From assembly GCF_009914755.1 (NCBI RefSeq), contig NC_060933.1: 64,000 nucleotides of DNA. The stretch is one strand, 5' to 3'. The position numbers and the translations under genes were made by a program. The notes beneath the pieces are model-generated. The model saw only the letters and a list, made by a program, of their open reading frames with translations, ran no database searches and had not been told where the DNA came from. This document shows positions 1-15,271 of the stretch, in pieces; positions within the stretch are counted from its first letter, which is position 1; each line of letters begins with the position of its first letter. Origin of the DNA: the human T2T-CHM13v2.0 reference genome, Homo sapiens.

Positions 1-3000
1 GTGTGAGAGAAGTTTATTTGATTAAATTATGGAGTAAGTTTTCTTTCAAGGAAGATTTATTTAGAAAAGTTATTTGATTTTAAAAGATTTTAATACATTT
101 ACTCATATTTTAAAAAGGGGCCACAAATTATTCTCCGGTACATCTTCAATAATTCTTTTTAATCACTTCAGCTCTTCATTTCTAAAATCAAACGAGTACA
201 TGTAAAAATATATTTTAGATATATTGATATTTTAAAATGTTTTAAGACTACGAGAATGGAGGCAGTATGTAATGATCCTTTAGACTTGCCTACCCATTAT
301 TCTAAATTAATATTCCACGGTGGTGTACATAGGATAGAAACTTAGGGGTTTCTATGTTGGTCTTTTTTCAAATGTTATTTAACTTGTATATTAAGTCAGA
401 GTTTATAACTTTTTAAGTCTTTTCCTGTTCTAATACTTACTGATGCAATGGATACAACTTAAAAAATATGTAATGGGACATATAATATTTATCTTTGTCT
501 TAAATTCAGAAGTCATACAGTCTGAAACATTATTCCTGAAAACAAAGTTTCAATTTGAGAGTAAAGTTTTTAAAAAGAAGAACAGTTTCTGTTTTATTTT
601 GTTCTGCTTTCTTATTTTACCCTTCAGAAATTCTTAATTTAAGTTTTGAGTTGAATCTAAAATGCAAGGTCTGTAGAACCTGAGCTTGTCTTCAGGAACC
701 ATCTGAATGCAGTTTGAGAAAAATCCATCAAAATGGAAATCATATCTGATAATAAACAAATGATCTGTTACATACTTCAAATAAATGTAAATCAAAACAG
801 ACAACAGACTTTTATAGGAAAGTACAAATTGCCAAAAACATAACCATTTAATTATATACTTATTTTTTGAGGCATCAAAGAAAAAAAGGTGCTTTTTGGA
901 GCAAATATTGAAAAAGAATTAAGAACTTCTGCATCTAAATGTGACTGAGTAGCTCGAAGCAGAACTATATGCCTAACAAGAACAAATATAAAACTTCTAA
1001 AACATTTTTAGGAATTAGTTTTATGCATTAAAAAGAACCAACATTGCAAGGACCTGAGAGACCAAAACACTTAAGTCAATGGAAAATCAATAAAATAATT
1101 CTGATATTCTACCACATTTTCCCTCAAGGCATCTACTAATTGTCAAGTTAGTTCACATTCCATAGGGTGAGAAAATGAATAAAAAAGACCACAAGTGAGA
1201 TGCAAAGTAGAGCTTTCAGCAGTTTCCTAGTGCTGAGGAGACTAAAAAAAAAATTAATTCAGGAATTTTCAGAGAAAGGGCTCTGATAAAAATTCTAGAT
1301 AAACATCCCTTCAAAGCCCTGAAGAGCTTTAGTGTATGAGCAATAGAGAAACAAAAATAAACCATTTCTTACAAAGACTGCAACATAGCCTTTAACTAAC
1401 TCAATCCTTTATTGGATGAAGGTAGTTTATCTGTATTTTAATTGCCTAAAACAAAACTAAGTTCCTAACTAAATCATATTTACTGGGCATTTCAAGACAC
1501 AGGGTCAAGAGAACAGACAATGAAAAGAGATTTGCAGGTGGTTAGGATAATGGATAGAAAATATGAGCATTAAGCATACTGTGGTTAATATGTGGAAACA
1601 AAAAACAATAAGGTGGCTAATGCCAATGGAGAACAAAGTCTTTTTCAAAAAAAAGAATTATAATTCTATAACTGAAAAGTATATTAACTGAAATTATGAA
1701 CCAAATTGATGAGTCTAACAGTAAATCAGATAGTTCTAATGTGAAAATTAGTAAACAGGAATATATATCAATGGTAAATATTAGATGAAACCATCATGAG
1801 AAAATAAAAGAGGAAAAAAAAACAAAAAACAAAAATGAGAGTCATACATGATGAAAAGATCTTGCAGGCATGCAATTGCAACTCCAAAATGTAAGACGAT
1901 AACAAATGAGATAGAAGCAATCTGTGAAGAGACAGAGGCCAAGAATTGCTCAACGCTGGCAAAAAATATCAAGGTCCCAATTCAAGAAATAATGAAAATA
2001 ACAAGTAAGATATTACAAAGAAAATGAAACTTGGAAACATCAAAGTAAAAGCTTTGAAACTAAAGAAAAAGACAACAATCTTAAGGGAAATCAAAAAAAT
2101 AAACAATCATTTAAAAATAACAATAGGATTAACAGCTAATTTACTAAAATAAATAATAAAAGTCAGAAAAAATATGTATCTTCAAATTCTGAAGGAAAAT
2201 TCTCACCTAAGAATTCTATATGCCACAAAAATATCTATCCTGAAAATGAAGGTGAAATAAGTATATTTTCAGGCAAATTAAAAAAAAAAAACTAAAATCA
2301 TCCCTGAAGACCTTGAATAAAAGGAGTTTTTAAAGCAGCAAGATAACAATCTAGAAACATGCATGAAAATGTGAAGAAGGAAGCAAAATGGAAATAATAA
2401 GTATATGGGTAAACATGCATGCTTATTGACAGTATAAAATTGAAAAACAGTCTTTGGGCTTAAAATATGTGTAGAAATAAAATGCATAAAAACATTAACG
2501 AAAAGGCTAAAAGGGAACAATGGTAAGTAAAGATAAACACCTTAGGTTTTCACTTAGAATTGGAGTTAACAGATAAATGCATTTTTTGGAGGTTTTGAGA
2601 GCATTAATTTAGACTCTACTAAATCAAATATTTTATAATCGTTGAGGAGCCCTTTTAAAAAGTAAAAGATAATACAGTTAAAAATAACAGAGAAGAAATT
2701 GTGAAGGAATTTAGATAATATTTTTAAACAAATGATAGAGCTCACACATACATATACACACTCACACAGAGTGTGTGTTGTCTGTTACTTTGGTTGTTTG
2801 TAATGAATGATTCTTCCTGGTATTCACACACCTGTGTAATCCAATCCCCTTGAATGTGATCTCTGCTGGTGACTTACTTGACATTACTGCAAAGTAAGAC
2901 AAGAAAGAAAAGAGAAGGGACCATAAAATCAATGCAACAACAACGTCAACAAAAGCAAGATGGTAGCAGGAAATGCAACAACACTAATAATAACGTGAAA

Positions 3001-3502
3001 TGTAAATGAACTAAATAAATCAATTAAAAGACAAAAAGTTAAACTGGATGAGAAAAACAAAGCTCGGTTACATGATACTTACAAGAGATGCATCATATCT
3101 ATTTAAAGACACAGAAAGGTTAATATATGTATTGCAAAAATATGTGTTGTACAAATACTAAAAAAAGAAACTGTAGGTAACATAGTATCAAGTAAAGTGG
3201 ACTTCAGAACAAGAATGACTCCAGAAATGATTCATTGTGAAATAATTAAGTAGTTATTGCCCTTCCAAATCCAGGGACATACGACACTTCTAAATTTGAA
3301 TGAACCTAGTAGTTAATCTCCAAATATATGAAATAGCTGCAAGGAAAGAAGCTGACAAATCCAGAGATATGTTTGAAGATTTTAACCTACTTTTTCTAAT
3401 ATCAGATAGAATAATCACACAAAAATGATGATGGTATAATAAATTTTAATAATAAGATTAAAAATAAATAACTGATATAAAAATATCATAGTACTTAAAT
3501 TC

Positions 3503-3505
<3 letters not shown>

Positions 3506-3537
<32 letters not shown>
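3506..3537. repeat. (TG)n microsatellite
   Basis: About 15 TG units, directly visible. Confidence 0.95.
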
Positions 3538-3539
<2 letters not shown>

Positions 3540-3789
3540 CCAATTTTGCGTAAGGACCATTAGCCGAAATGAACCATACGTTGGCCTATAAAGCAATTCT
3601 CAACAAATTTCAAAGAAGAATAACATCTCAAATATAGAATTAATCTCTAAATCTGTAATGATCACCAAAATTAGTGTGTTTTTCATATATAATGACTTAC
3701 AAAATATTTGAAAAAAATTAAACAAATGGTAAAACTAACAAATGAATCAACACACAATGTATCAAAACTAGTGAAATTTAGCTACTATG

Positions 3790-4310
3790 TGTGTGATAGT
3801 TGGTTACTTTGGTGATTCCAAAAGAACCACTCCCATTTTTATTAATAGCCGGTAAAAATTCTTTTCCACTGAATTTTGGGTAGGTCTGTGACTTGCTTTA
3901 ATAAATGAAGAAGGCAGAAGTGACCTTGTACCAGTTCACTGCCTGTCATCTAACAAGTCCTGTTAGCTGCTCTGTGCTTTTGGGAGCATGATCTGCTATG
4001 CAAGATGACAAAACATCCTACTGGAATGACTATTTAGAGAGACGATGTGGAGCAACCAGGTGGAAAAACCATGTGGAGAGAGAGGTGCCCTAAGATTACT
4101 TAGAGAGTGATACAGAGGGACAGGGACATCCCAGTGTCCCAGCTGAGCTCAGTTTTCCTGCCATGGTGCTGGAAACGTGAGTGAGCCCTTTTGGGTATCC
4201 ACCCCAGTCTTGGAAAACTTCATCGCATGGAGCAGTGGATCCACCTGAGTTTACATATTTGTTTAAAGTTAGTAAATTTAGGAATGATTTGTTATGCAGA
4301 AATTATGTAA
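3790..4310 (+). mobile_element. MLT1-family (ERVL-MaLR) LTR
   Basis: MLT1-like motifs 'ctgtgacttgcttt...ggcagaagtgac' and a 3' end 'aatttaggaatgatttgttatgcag'. Confidence 0.65.
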
Positions 4311-5073
4311 TAAATTCAACCAACAAATAAGCAATAGGGAAAATAAAAAAAGCCAAAAATTTGTTTTCTAAATAGATAAAATTAATAACCTATATATGAC
4401 TGATAAGGCATAAAAGAGGCATAAATTACAAATATAAAAGAGGACGTCATAGCATAATCTACATTTTTATTTGTGTACATCTCTGTATTTTATTAAATCC
4501 AATAAAAATTGAACTAAAAATGGATGAATTAATTTTTAGTTCAACTGATATCCATCATCTATACAATTAATTTATATAATATTCAGATATTGTCTTAGTA
4601 TGCTAGTAGAAATTACCCTAAAACTGTCTCTTCTTGTAATGTCAGAAAATGTCCAAGAGCCACATCCAGGGGTGGTGCTGTATGGTGAGCAACTGATTTC
4701 CTTGTGAATTGCTTTTAAGCAAATGTCTAATTAGGCTGTTTATAACTAAGACAGGTGTCAAGATAACAACACCTGTCTGTTTCTCTGCATCTTTTCTGCA
4801 CATTATTGTCTAAAAATGGTTAGTTATCCAGGGAAAGCAAGTTGCCTTCTGATCATTGTCACATGTTCACCTCAGTCTTAAAATTAACAAACCACCTTTA
4901 GCTATTTAGCTCACTCATTGGGCAGGAAATAGAAGGGATCTCATCTTTCTACTGTTTCTGTTTGTATACACTTTTCTTTCCTTTTCAGAGCTCGATTTAT
5001 TAGTCTTATTTACACAACAGGGAGCTGTGTTAGGGACTGCTTAGTGTCTGTGAGACTAAACTCCCATTAACTC

Positions 5074-5245
5074 CTTGTTTGTTTGAGACAGAGTCTCGCT
5101 CTGTCGCCCAGGCTGGAATGCTGTGGTACAATCTCCATGCACTGCAATCTCCACCTCCGGGTTTCAAGCAATTCCAAGTGATTCTTGTGTCTCAGCCTCC
5201 CAAGTAGCTGCGATTACAGGTGTGTGCTACCATGCCCGGCTAATA

Positions 5246-5276
<31 letters not shown>

Positions 5277-5398
5277 TTTTAGTAGAGACGGGGTTTCACC
5301 GTGTTAGCCAGGATGGTCTCGATCTCCTGACCTTGCGATCCACTTGCCTTGGCCTCCCAAAGTGCTGGGATTACAGGCATGAGCCACCAAGCCCGGCC
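5074..5398 (-). mobile_element. Alu (AluS/Y-like) with a (TA)n expansion in the middle A-rich linker
   Basis: Reverse-complement Alu from 'gagacagagtctcgctctgtcgccc' to 'gcccggcc'. (TA)n at ~5243-5267. Confidence 0.97.
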
Positions 5399-6046
5399 AA
5401 CTTCTTTTTTTTTTTAAGCTCAGTCTTGCATACAACATATTACTGTACTTTTTTTCTTCAAACAAATCAATAGTACTGTTTCTTCCATATCTTCTTACTC
5501 ATTTTCTCTATGTGCATGAAGAAAATAGTTTGGAAAGTTCTTGAGAATCATCATCAGAATAACTTGACTGGTCTGTCAAATACTTCAGGCACCAAAATAA
5601 ACTTTTTCATAAGGCCATGTGACTAATGATTTCTTCTAAAAACGTAAACAATTTTTATGCTGATAATGCCACCTATCCAATTCCCCTTTTTTGTTGTTTT
5701 CCTGCAAAAATTTGCAGAGTGTTGCAGTGCAAATTGCAGACATACTTTCTTCTTGTGAGCTAAAATCCACATAAAATAATTCAGCATTTTGATAGATGTT
5801 TGCTAGTTCAAAAAAGTATCTCTAAAAATAAGATTCAAAGGTGTTCTAATTTTTTCTTTTTTCAAAAACTTAGACGGGTTTTTTTCACCAGATAATTCCT
5901 AACTTACAATGCATGCATTAGTGTCATCTGTATTAGTTTGTTATTGTGAGTTAAAACAAATTTACACATGATCTCATTTGGTTTGTGAAAGTCGGGCTGT
6001 TGTGCCTCCGTTTCTTTATCTATCTATGTGTGTAGATATCTATCAC

Positions 6047-6206
6047 TTTGAAAATATTGCAAAGTGAGCCATATACATATATAGATGTGTGTGTGTATAT
6101 ATAGATATATACATAGATAGAGAAATATATGGCTTCAAATTCTGAAGAGAAATTGTCACCTAAGAATTCTATTTACATTTTTAAAATGTGTATATATATA
6201 CACATT

Positions 6207-6249
<43 letters not shown>

Positions 6250-6285
6250 CCATATATATATGGCTCACTTGGCAATATTTTCAAA
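6047..6285. repeat. 29-bp inverted repeat enclosing TA/CA microsatellites and a 40-bp copied segment
   Basis: 6047-6075 TTTGAAAATATTGCAAAGTGAGCCATATA vs 6257-6285 TATATGGCTCACTTGGCAATATTTTCAAA (1 mismatch). (CA)n at ~6209-6245. Confidence 0.9.
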
Positions 6286-6600
6286 TGAGAGAGATAATTT
6301 ATTAGAAAACTGAAGGTTAGCTAACTTACCCACCCAAGGTAAAAACCTACTACTAGGTGGCAAAAAATCATGTGTTCTTACTCAGTGTTTACTGGATGTT
6401 CATACATGAAACAAACTACAGGATAAAGTCAAAACTCCTTAAGCCATGCAAAGCATTTTAGAGTGGCGTCTTCGCTGTATGCCAGCCTTAGTCTCTGCTA
6501 AATCAAGTCCGATCGTGCCAGATTGACATCCCATCCCCAGACAGCATTAATAATGTTTGGAGTTTGTTTGTGTGTATAATGTACTTCATTTAAAAGTTTA

Positions 6601-8112
<1,512 letters not shown>

Positions 8113-8199
8113 AAAAGTTTAATGCATATGTGTGAATAATACATATACATCCACATATTATGAAGCCTTATTTTAAAAATTCTGTGAACTATATGCTTT

Positions 8200-8330
8200 T
8201 ACTGTAAGCATTTGATAAAAGAGGATACTGAGACCCATAGGGGTCAAGTAATCTCCCTAAGGTCATAGAACTAGCAAGTAATGTAGCCAAGTCATTTTGA
8301 ACCCACAGTTCAGGCTCATAGTCTCCTAGG
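8200..8330 (-). mobile_element. MIR fragment
   Basis: 'gaggatactgagacc...aagtaatctccctaaggtcatagaactag' resembles the MIR core. Confidence 0.6.
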
Positions 8331-8989
8331 GAAGTTATTGCACTCATACTTGGAAACCCAGTGCATACTATTTGTTTTTAAATATATTTAGATGCTTTAG
8401 TAATTAATAAAATGAAAGCTAATTTTATTGTTTCTGATACTATGAAAGCCTTTAGTCATGGATTTTTCACAATCCAAAATGATCAGAAATGCATTTTTAA
8501 TGTGGATGTTTGCAAAATTAAAAGGGATCCTCTTATTGGAAAAAGCTGGGAACCACTGTCTTAGAACATAAACATGAAAAATCAATTAAATCAATTTTTT
8601 ATGAACAGCCTTTCAGAAGTCGGCTTCTGAAGTCCCTGTACAGCCTGTTTATCACACTGAGGACCAGTGTTACGTCTGTGGATGACTGAAGTGCTGACTG
8701 ATGTTACAAGTACTAATTAATACCTCATCCTGTGAGGTAGAGTTCTGGTAAAATCATCATTCTGAAGCTAATTTTACAGAATTGCTTGTCCCACCTCAAC
8801 AGATGCTGCACCACTGCCAATACAAAGGGTTATATTGCATAAAGCAAAGAGTAATTCAAGACATGTTAGCCTCTGCATAAGTTACTTAGCAGTCTCTCAC
8901 TGTACATTTCTGTAGCTTATAGATAGATGGAACTTGTAATTATACATTTCTTAAGGTTTTATTGTTTGTTTGTTTTCATGTTAGTCTTT

Positions 8990-9290
8990 ATATAGTTGTG
9001 CTAGCTTTATGCAGTAGGGACTCTGGCTGTTTCCCTTTGCTAATATATTACCAATACCTGGCATGGTAGCCAGTATTATATTAGATACTGAATGGACAAA
9101 TGAATGAATTAATTAGTGGAGTCAGACAAATGAAAAATGCAGGAATCCCACATCATATGCCTGACTTCGGCAAAGTTATTTAACTTCTTTAAATCTCAAT
9201 GTCCTAATCTGTGAGATACTGTCTTTTTTAAGTGTTACATGAGATGATGTATATAAAATCGAGTAAGCACTCAATAAATAACTATCACTA
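8990..9290. mobile_element. L2 3' end followed by a MIR fragment
   Basis: L2-like 'cctggcatggtag...tgaatgaat', then MIR-like 'gcaaagttatttaacttctttaaatctcaatgtcctaatctgt'. Confidence 0.55.
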
Positions 9291-10242
9291 GATTTCTTTT
9301 AAAATTTTCATATCTAAAAAAGGCGTTAAAGAATCTGGAGGAGGTAATAATTAACATACTTAAGGTCCCGCCAAAGATACTAAACTATCTCACCAGGAAG
9401 GGAAACTCAAGAATAGGTCTAACAACAGGCTGGTCAGAGCAACATAACTTATATATTTATATTGGTAAGTTAAATCATAAAAATTGAAAGTAAAAAACCC
9501 TTACTGACAATTTCTTGCATATACAGAATTATGGTTTTAATACTCCAAAGACAATAGTTGCCACAGAGACTAGAACAAGGGTGGCGTTTTAAATTCCAAG
9601 AACATCATAGGATCAAGACAAATTGCTTGATGTGAATTAAAAAACACTTTAATACAAATATGTACAATGTAGAGGGAGAAATTTTATAATTTTCACACAT
9701 GTAATTTGTATATTCAGTATTCATATTTCCTTGGTACACTATGTTGAAACACCAAGTGTGAAAGACAAACATTATCTGTGTTTCCAGCTTTTGGGTAGTG
9801 TAGTTAGAAATATAGTTTAGGAGCTTATTTCATGCCCTGGAAGCTATGTACCCATTTTCACCTTTATATTGTGAAACAACACAGACAAAGAGTGCATAAA
9901 ATGTAACTGCAGCCTAACAAGCTATTATAAAGAGAGCATCTATATAAACATTTGTCTGTCAGTTGCTGATTGATTTCCAGCATTTCAGGCGTTCATTTAT
10001 ATGACCATCTCTATAGGATAACGGCCTTCTCCAATCCCATTCAGTTTTGCCCTGGGTTGTATGGTAATCAGTTCATTGCCTATCTTTATAGTTTTATCAC
10101 CAAAATGTTTTTGTAAACACTTACTTCTTTCAAAATTTATATAAATAAAATCATCTGATATATATGGTATATTATTTGTAGTTCCTTCTTTTACTAAAAG
10201 AAGTAAAATTAGACTACCTTTTAATATTCAAAGATATCATTA

Positions 10243-11870
<1,628 letters not shown>

Positions 11871-11899
11871 ATTCAATCATGCTGGATTTCAAAATTAGA

Positions 11900-13690
11900 T
11901 ATAATATCCAAATTTATCAAAATTGCTTGATAAAATGCCTATATACAAAATAAATTATATTATCATATAAGCATTAAACAAAAAGAAAAATATATTTCAA
12001 AAACATAATGCTGTTTTAATAGCATTGATAATTATCAGATACCTAATAATAAATCTAAGGGATCTGAAAGACTTCTACAGTGACATGTAGAGAACATAAC
12101 TAAAACAAAATAAATGGAGGCTAACATAAACATTTTCCTTGGTTGGTAGATGCAATTGGGTAAAAAGTTTAATGTTATCCATATTGATTCAGAGGGTAAA
12201 CTTAGTTCCAGAAGAAATTCTAGGGGTATATGCATGTGTGTGTATACATGGGAATAATGTTTCAAAAAAAAGAAATTTTGAAGAAAAAAAAAGCAAGGTA
12301 AATAAATTATATTACCAGATACTAAGACCTATTAAAAGGCTTTAGTAATTTAAAAAACATAGTAGTGAAGCAAAAATCAGACAAGTAAACCAATGATATA
12401 AACTAGAGAATCCAGAAATAGTACTCCATGCATGCAATAAACTAATGTGGAACAAATTTTATAATCCAATGCAGTGAGGAAAAATAACTTTTCAATAATT
12501 AGTGCTGGCTCAAATAGATATCTATTTAGACACAAAATAAAATTTAACCCTACCTGACATCATACACAGAAATACTACAGAAGTGTATATCTAAATGCAA
12601 ATATAAAATAATACCATTTTTGAAAAAATTAAGGGAGAGTATGATCTTGAAATCCACAAACATTTATTAACTAGGGTATAAAAAATATTAACAATAGAGG
12701 ATTAATACATTAGATTATTTTAAGATTAAAAATTTCGATTAGTAAATGACATCAATAAGGCAGTAAAAAGAAAGTCATGTAAAGAATAAGAGAATTATCT
12801 TATGCTATGTGTAGAAATTATAGAGAACACATAAAAAGTAGTAAGAAAAAAATGCAGTCAGAAAAAAATGACTAAATGTTTGACAGGCACTTCACAAAAT
12901 TAGAGTTAATCTAAACAACCAATAAACATATGAAAAGGTATTCAACATACTTCAAGTAAGTGCAAATTTAAAATAAAGATATATTAATGCATAACAACAG
13001 AGTGGCTATAGCAGAAAATAACAAAACAAGATAAAGAAAGGAAAGAGAAAGAAAGAGAGATAGAGGGAAGCAGAAAGGTAGGGAGGGAGGAAAGAAAGGA
13101 GAAAGGAAGAGGAGAAGCAAAGAAGAAGGAAAGAAAGAAGTAGTGGAGAAAATGAGATAATGAGGGAAGAAAGGAAGAGCAAAGGAAGAGTAGAGAAGAA
13201 TTTGGAGGAGGGTGAAACCAGAGCTTTCATACTCTTCTGATGAATGTATATATGGTTGGACACATTCTGGAAAACCGTTTGGCAATATCTACCAACTTTA
13301 AATATGTATGACAATTTACCCAGCAAATCCCCTTGTAGGGAAATACAACCAATGGGAATACAATTATGTAATCACCAAAATATACAATATTACGATAATA
13401 TTCATAGTACTACTATATGTAATAAGCAAAAATAGGAAACTATCCAACTGCCAATTGAAAATATACATTTTTATTTTATTCAGAAAATGTTTGGCTACAT
13501 AGTAATGAAAACGAGCAAATTACAAATGTTAATATAATTATAGATAAATCTCAAAAGCCTGATACCAAAAAGAAGCCATACACTGAGACTTCATATTGTA
13601 TGCTATAGTTATATAAATTTCAAAACCAGACAAAACTAATATATGATGCTAAAATTTAAGATTGTGATTACTCATGAATTGAAAGTGGCA
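11900..13690 (+). mobile_element. Old L1M (L1ME/MC) ORF2 3' half and 3' end
   Basis: Degenerate ORF2 motifs ('ctagagaatccagaaata', 'cattctggaaaaccgtttggcaatatct') and L1M 3' end 'caaaaccagacaaaactaat'. Confidence 0.7.
13030..13212 (+). repeat. Purine-rich (GA) low-complexity tract
   Basis: Almost entirely A/G for ~180 bp. Confidence 0.85.
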
Positions 13691-13724
13691 CTATTCCCCC
13701 CCGACCCAGTCTGGTTAACTTCTG

Positions 13725-14090
13725 TTTCTTTTTTCAGAGATAGGGTCTTGCCACTGCACTCCAGCCTGGGTGACAGAGCGAGACTCCGTCTAAAAAAAAA
13801 AAAAACAGAGATAGGGTCTTGCTCTACTCCAGCTCCAGACTAGAGAGCAGTGGAATGATGATGATAGCTCTCTGCAGCTTCAAACTTCTAAGCTAAAGTG
13901 ATCCTTGGCCTCCCTAGTAGCTAGCAATACGGGTGCCTGCCACCATGAATGGTTAATTTAATTTTAATTTTGTAGAGATGAGGTCTTGCTTTGCTCCTCA
14001 AGCTGGTCTCAAATTCCTGGCGTAAAGCAATCCTCCTGCCTCAGCCTCCCAAAGTGCTGGGATTACAGGTGTAAGCCAGTGTGTCCAGCC
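13725..14090 (-). mobile_element. AluJ, interrupted by a short Alu stub
   Basis: Diverged reverse-complement Alu ('gagatagggtcttgctct...tgtccagcc'). Confidence 0.9.
13752..13805 (+). mobile_element. Extremely 5'-truncated young Alu (last ~40 nt plus A14) with a 17-bp TSD
   Basis: CACTGCACTCCAGCCTGGGTGACAGAGCGAGACTCCGTCT+A14, flanked by CAGAGATAGGGTCTTGC at 13735-13751 and 13806-13822. Confidence 0.93.
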
Positions 14091-14786
14091 CGTTTCTTGA
14101 GTAGGGTATCAGTTACTCAGCGGTGTTCAGTTTGTGAAAATGTGTGAGCTTATACATTTGTGATCATTGCAAGTTTCTGCATATTTATATAACCTCAGTG
14201 AAATGCTTATGTAACTGATGTTTGCTTTAATTCTTAAATGCAAGTTATGGTGGATTAAAGACTGCCTCTTCCAAAAAAAGTCATTTTTATTCACTTACAT
14301 TAAATAAAATGCAAAGTAGAAAAACTGGTGGCATGATAGTTCATAGATTCATAGTTGTGAATAAGGCACACTCTTTTCTCTATCTCAAAGCCCTTATTCT
14401 ACATGTAACAAGAATAGTGGCTCATTTATACAAGTATTTTTGTCATAGGTCAATGTTGAAAAAAAATGGTCAGAAATTCTACTTTATATAACCTAACATG
14501 CCAACACATTTTCTACCTAGTCATTGGATTTTGTTAATCTTAATGATAACTACAATTTTATATGAAACTAGGTAGAACTGTGGTCAGTAAAGTGCCAGAT
14601 CTGCTCAGGTATTAAAGAGGTAACAATGTGTGAGAGATGGAGCAAAGAGACAGTTATTTCTGGTTTATATCCCTATTTGAAGTGATAAACATTAAGTTCA
14701 GTGAATAAAATATTAATATATCAGCAATTTCACAAAGACAGGCCCTGAGCATTAAAACCTAGTATACATCCATGGCTAGATTTATC

Positions 14787-14836
<50 letters not shown>
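14787..14836. repeat. (TCTA/GATA)n tetranucleotide microsatellite, ~12 units
   Basis: Perfect TCTA run. Confidence 0.95.
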
Positions 14837-14839
<3 letters not shown>

Positions 14840-15271
14840 TATCTTTTCTAAAGCCAACCCAACCCCTTTTTCTTCAGGTATACTATTTTCATTAGTGGTT
14901 GTTTGTTCCTTTGATATTTCTGATATTCTTTATTTTTCATATTCCTGAGTTTAATCAACAGATTTGATTTGTAGAAACACGAATGGAATAGATACCTACA
15001 AAGATAGATTAATGGAGAATAACAACACACATTGGTAAAATGTAATAGGTAAGTGTTCACCTATAATGTTTACCAAAATCCTAAAGCAGTTTCTTTAAGG
15101 AAGGTAAGGTTAATTATGTAAATATCAAAAAGTAAAATTCCATCTAGTCACTCAGTTATGTTAGCTGATTTTGCTTGATTTTTTTCTATTTTTTTTCTTC
15201 TTCTTCTTATTGCTTATGCTTAGTCTTAGTCTTTATTTTGACTTTGTTTTGTTTTTTGTTTCTTTGTCAGT

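Larger units (their letters stand above)
900..4470 (+). mobile_element. Old, highly diverged L1M (5'/ORF1 into ORF2 region), interrupted by MLT1 fragments and a (TG)n
   Basis: A-rich + strand with L1 ORF1-like motifs (e.g. 'cctaagaattctatatgcc...aaatgaaggtgaaataa' ~2207-2260) and ORF2 endonuclease-like motifs ('aaatgtaaatgaactaaat...aattaaaagacaaa' ~3000-3035). Boundaries approximate. Confidence 0.7.

Noticed and set aside
5123-5473. 116-aa ORF and similar Alu-overlapping ORFs (19441-19823, 28584-28943, 54491-54721, 62185-62448)
   Set aside because: Typical Alu-derived translations, not genes.
8612-8631. 8-bp hairpin TTCAGAAG-TCGG-CTTCTGAA
   Set aside because: Too short to exceed chance in 64 kb, and the spacing fits neither a canonical heat-shock element nor a STAT GAS element.
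12968-13326. Hydrophobic, membrane-protein-like minus-strand ORFs
   Set aside because: Artefact of the GA-rich low-complexity tract.
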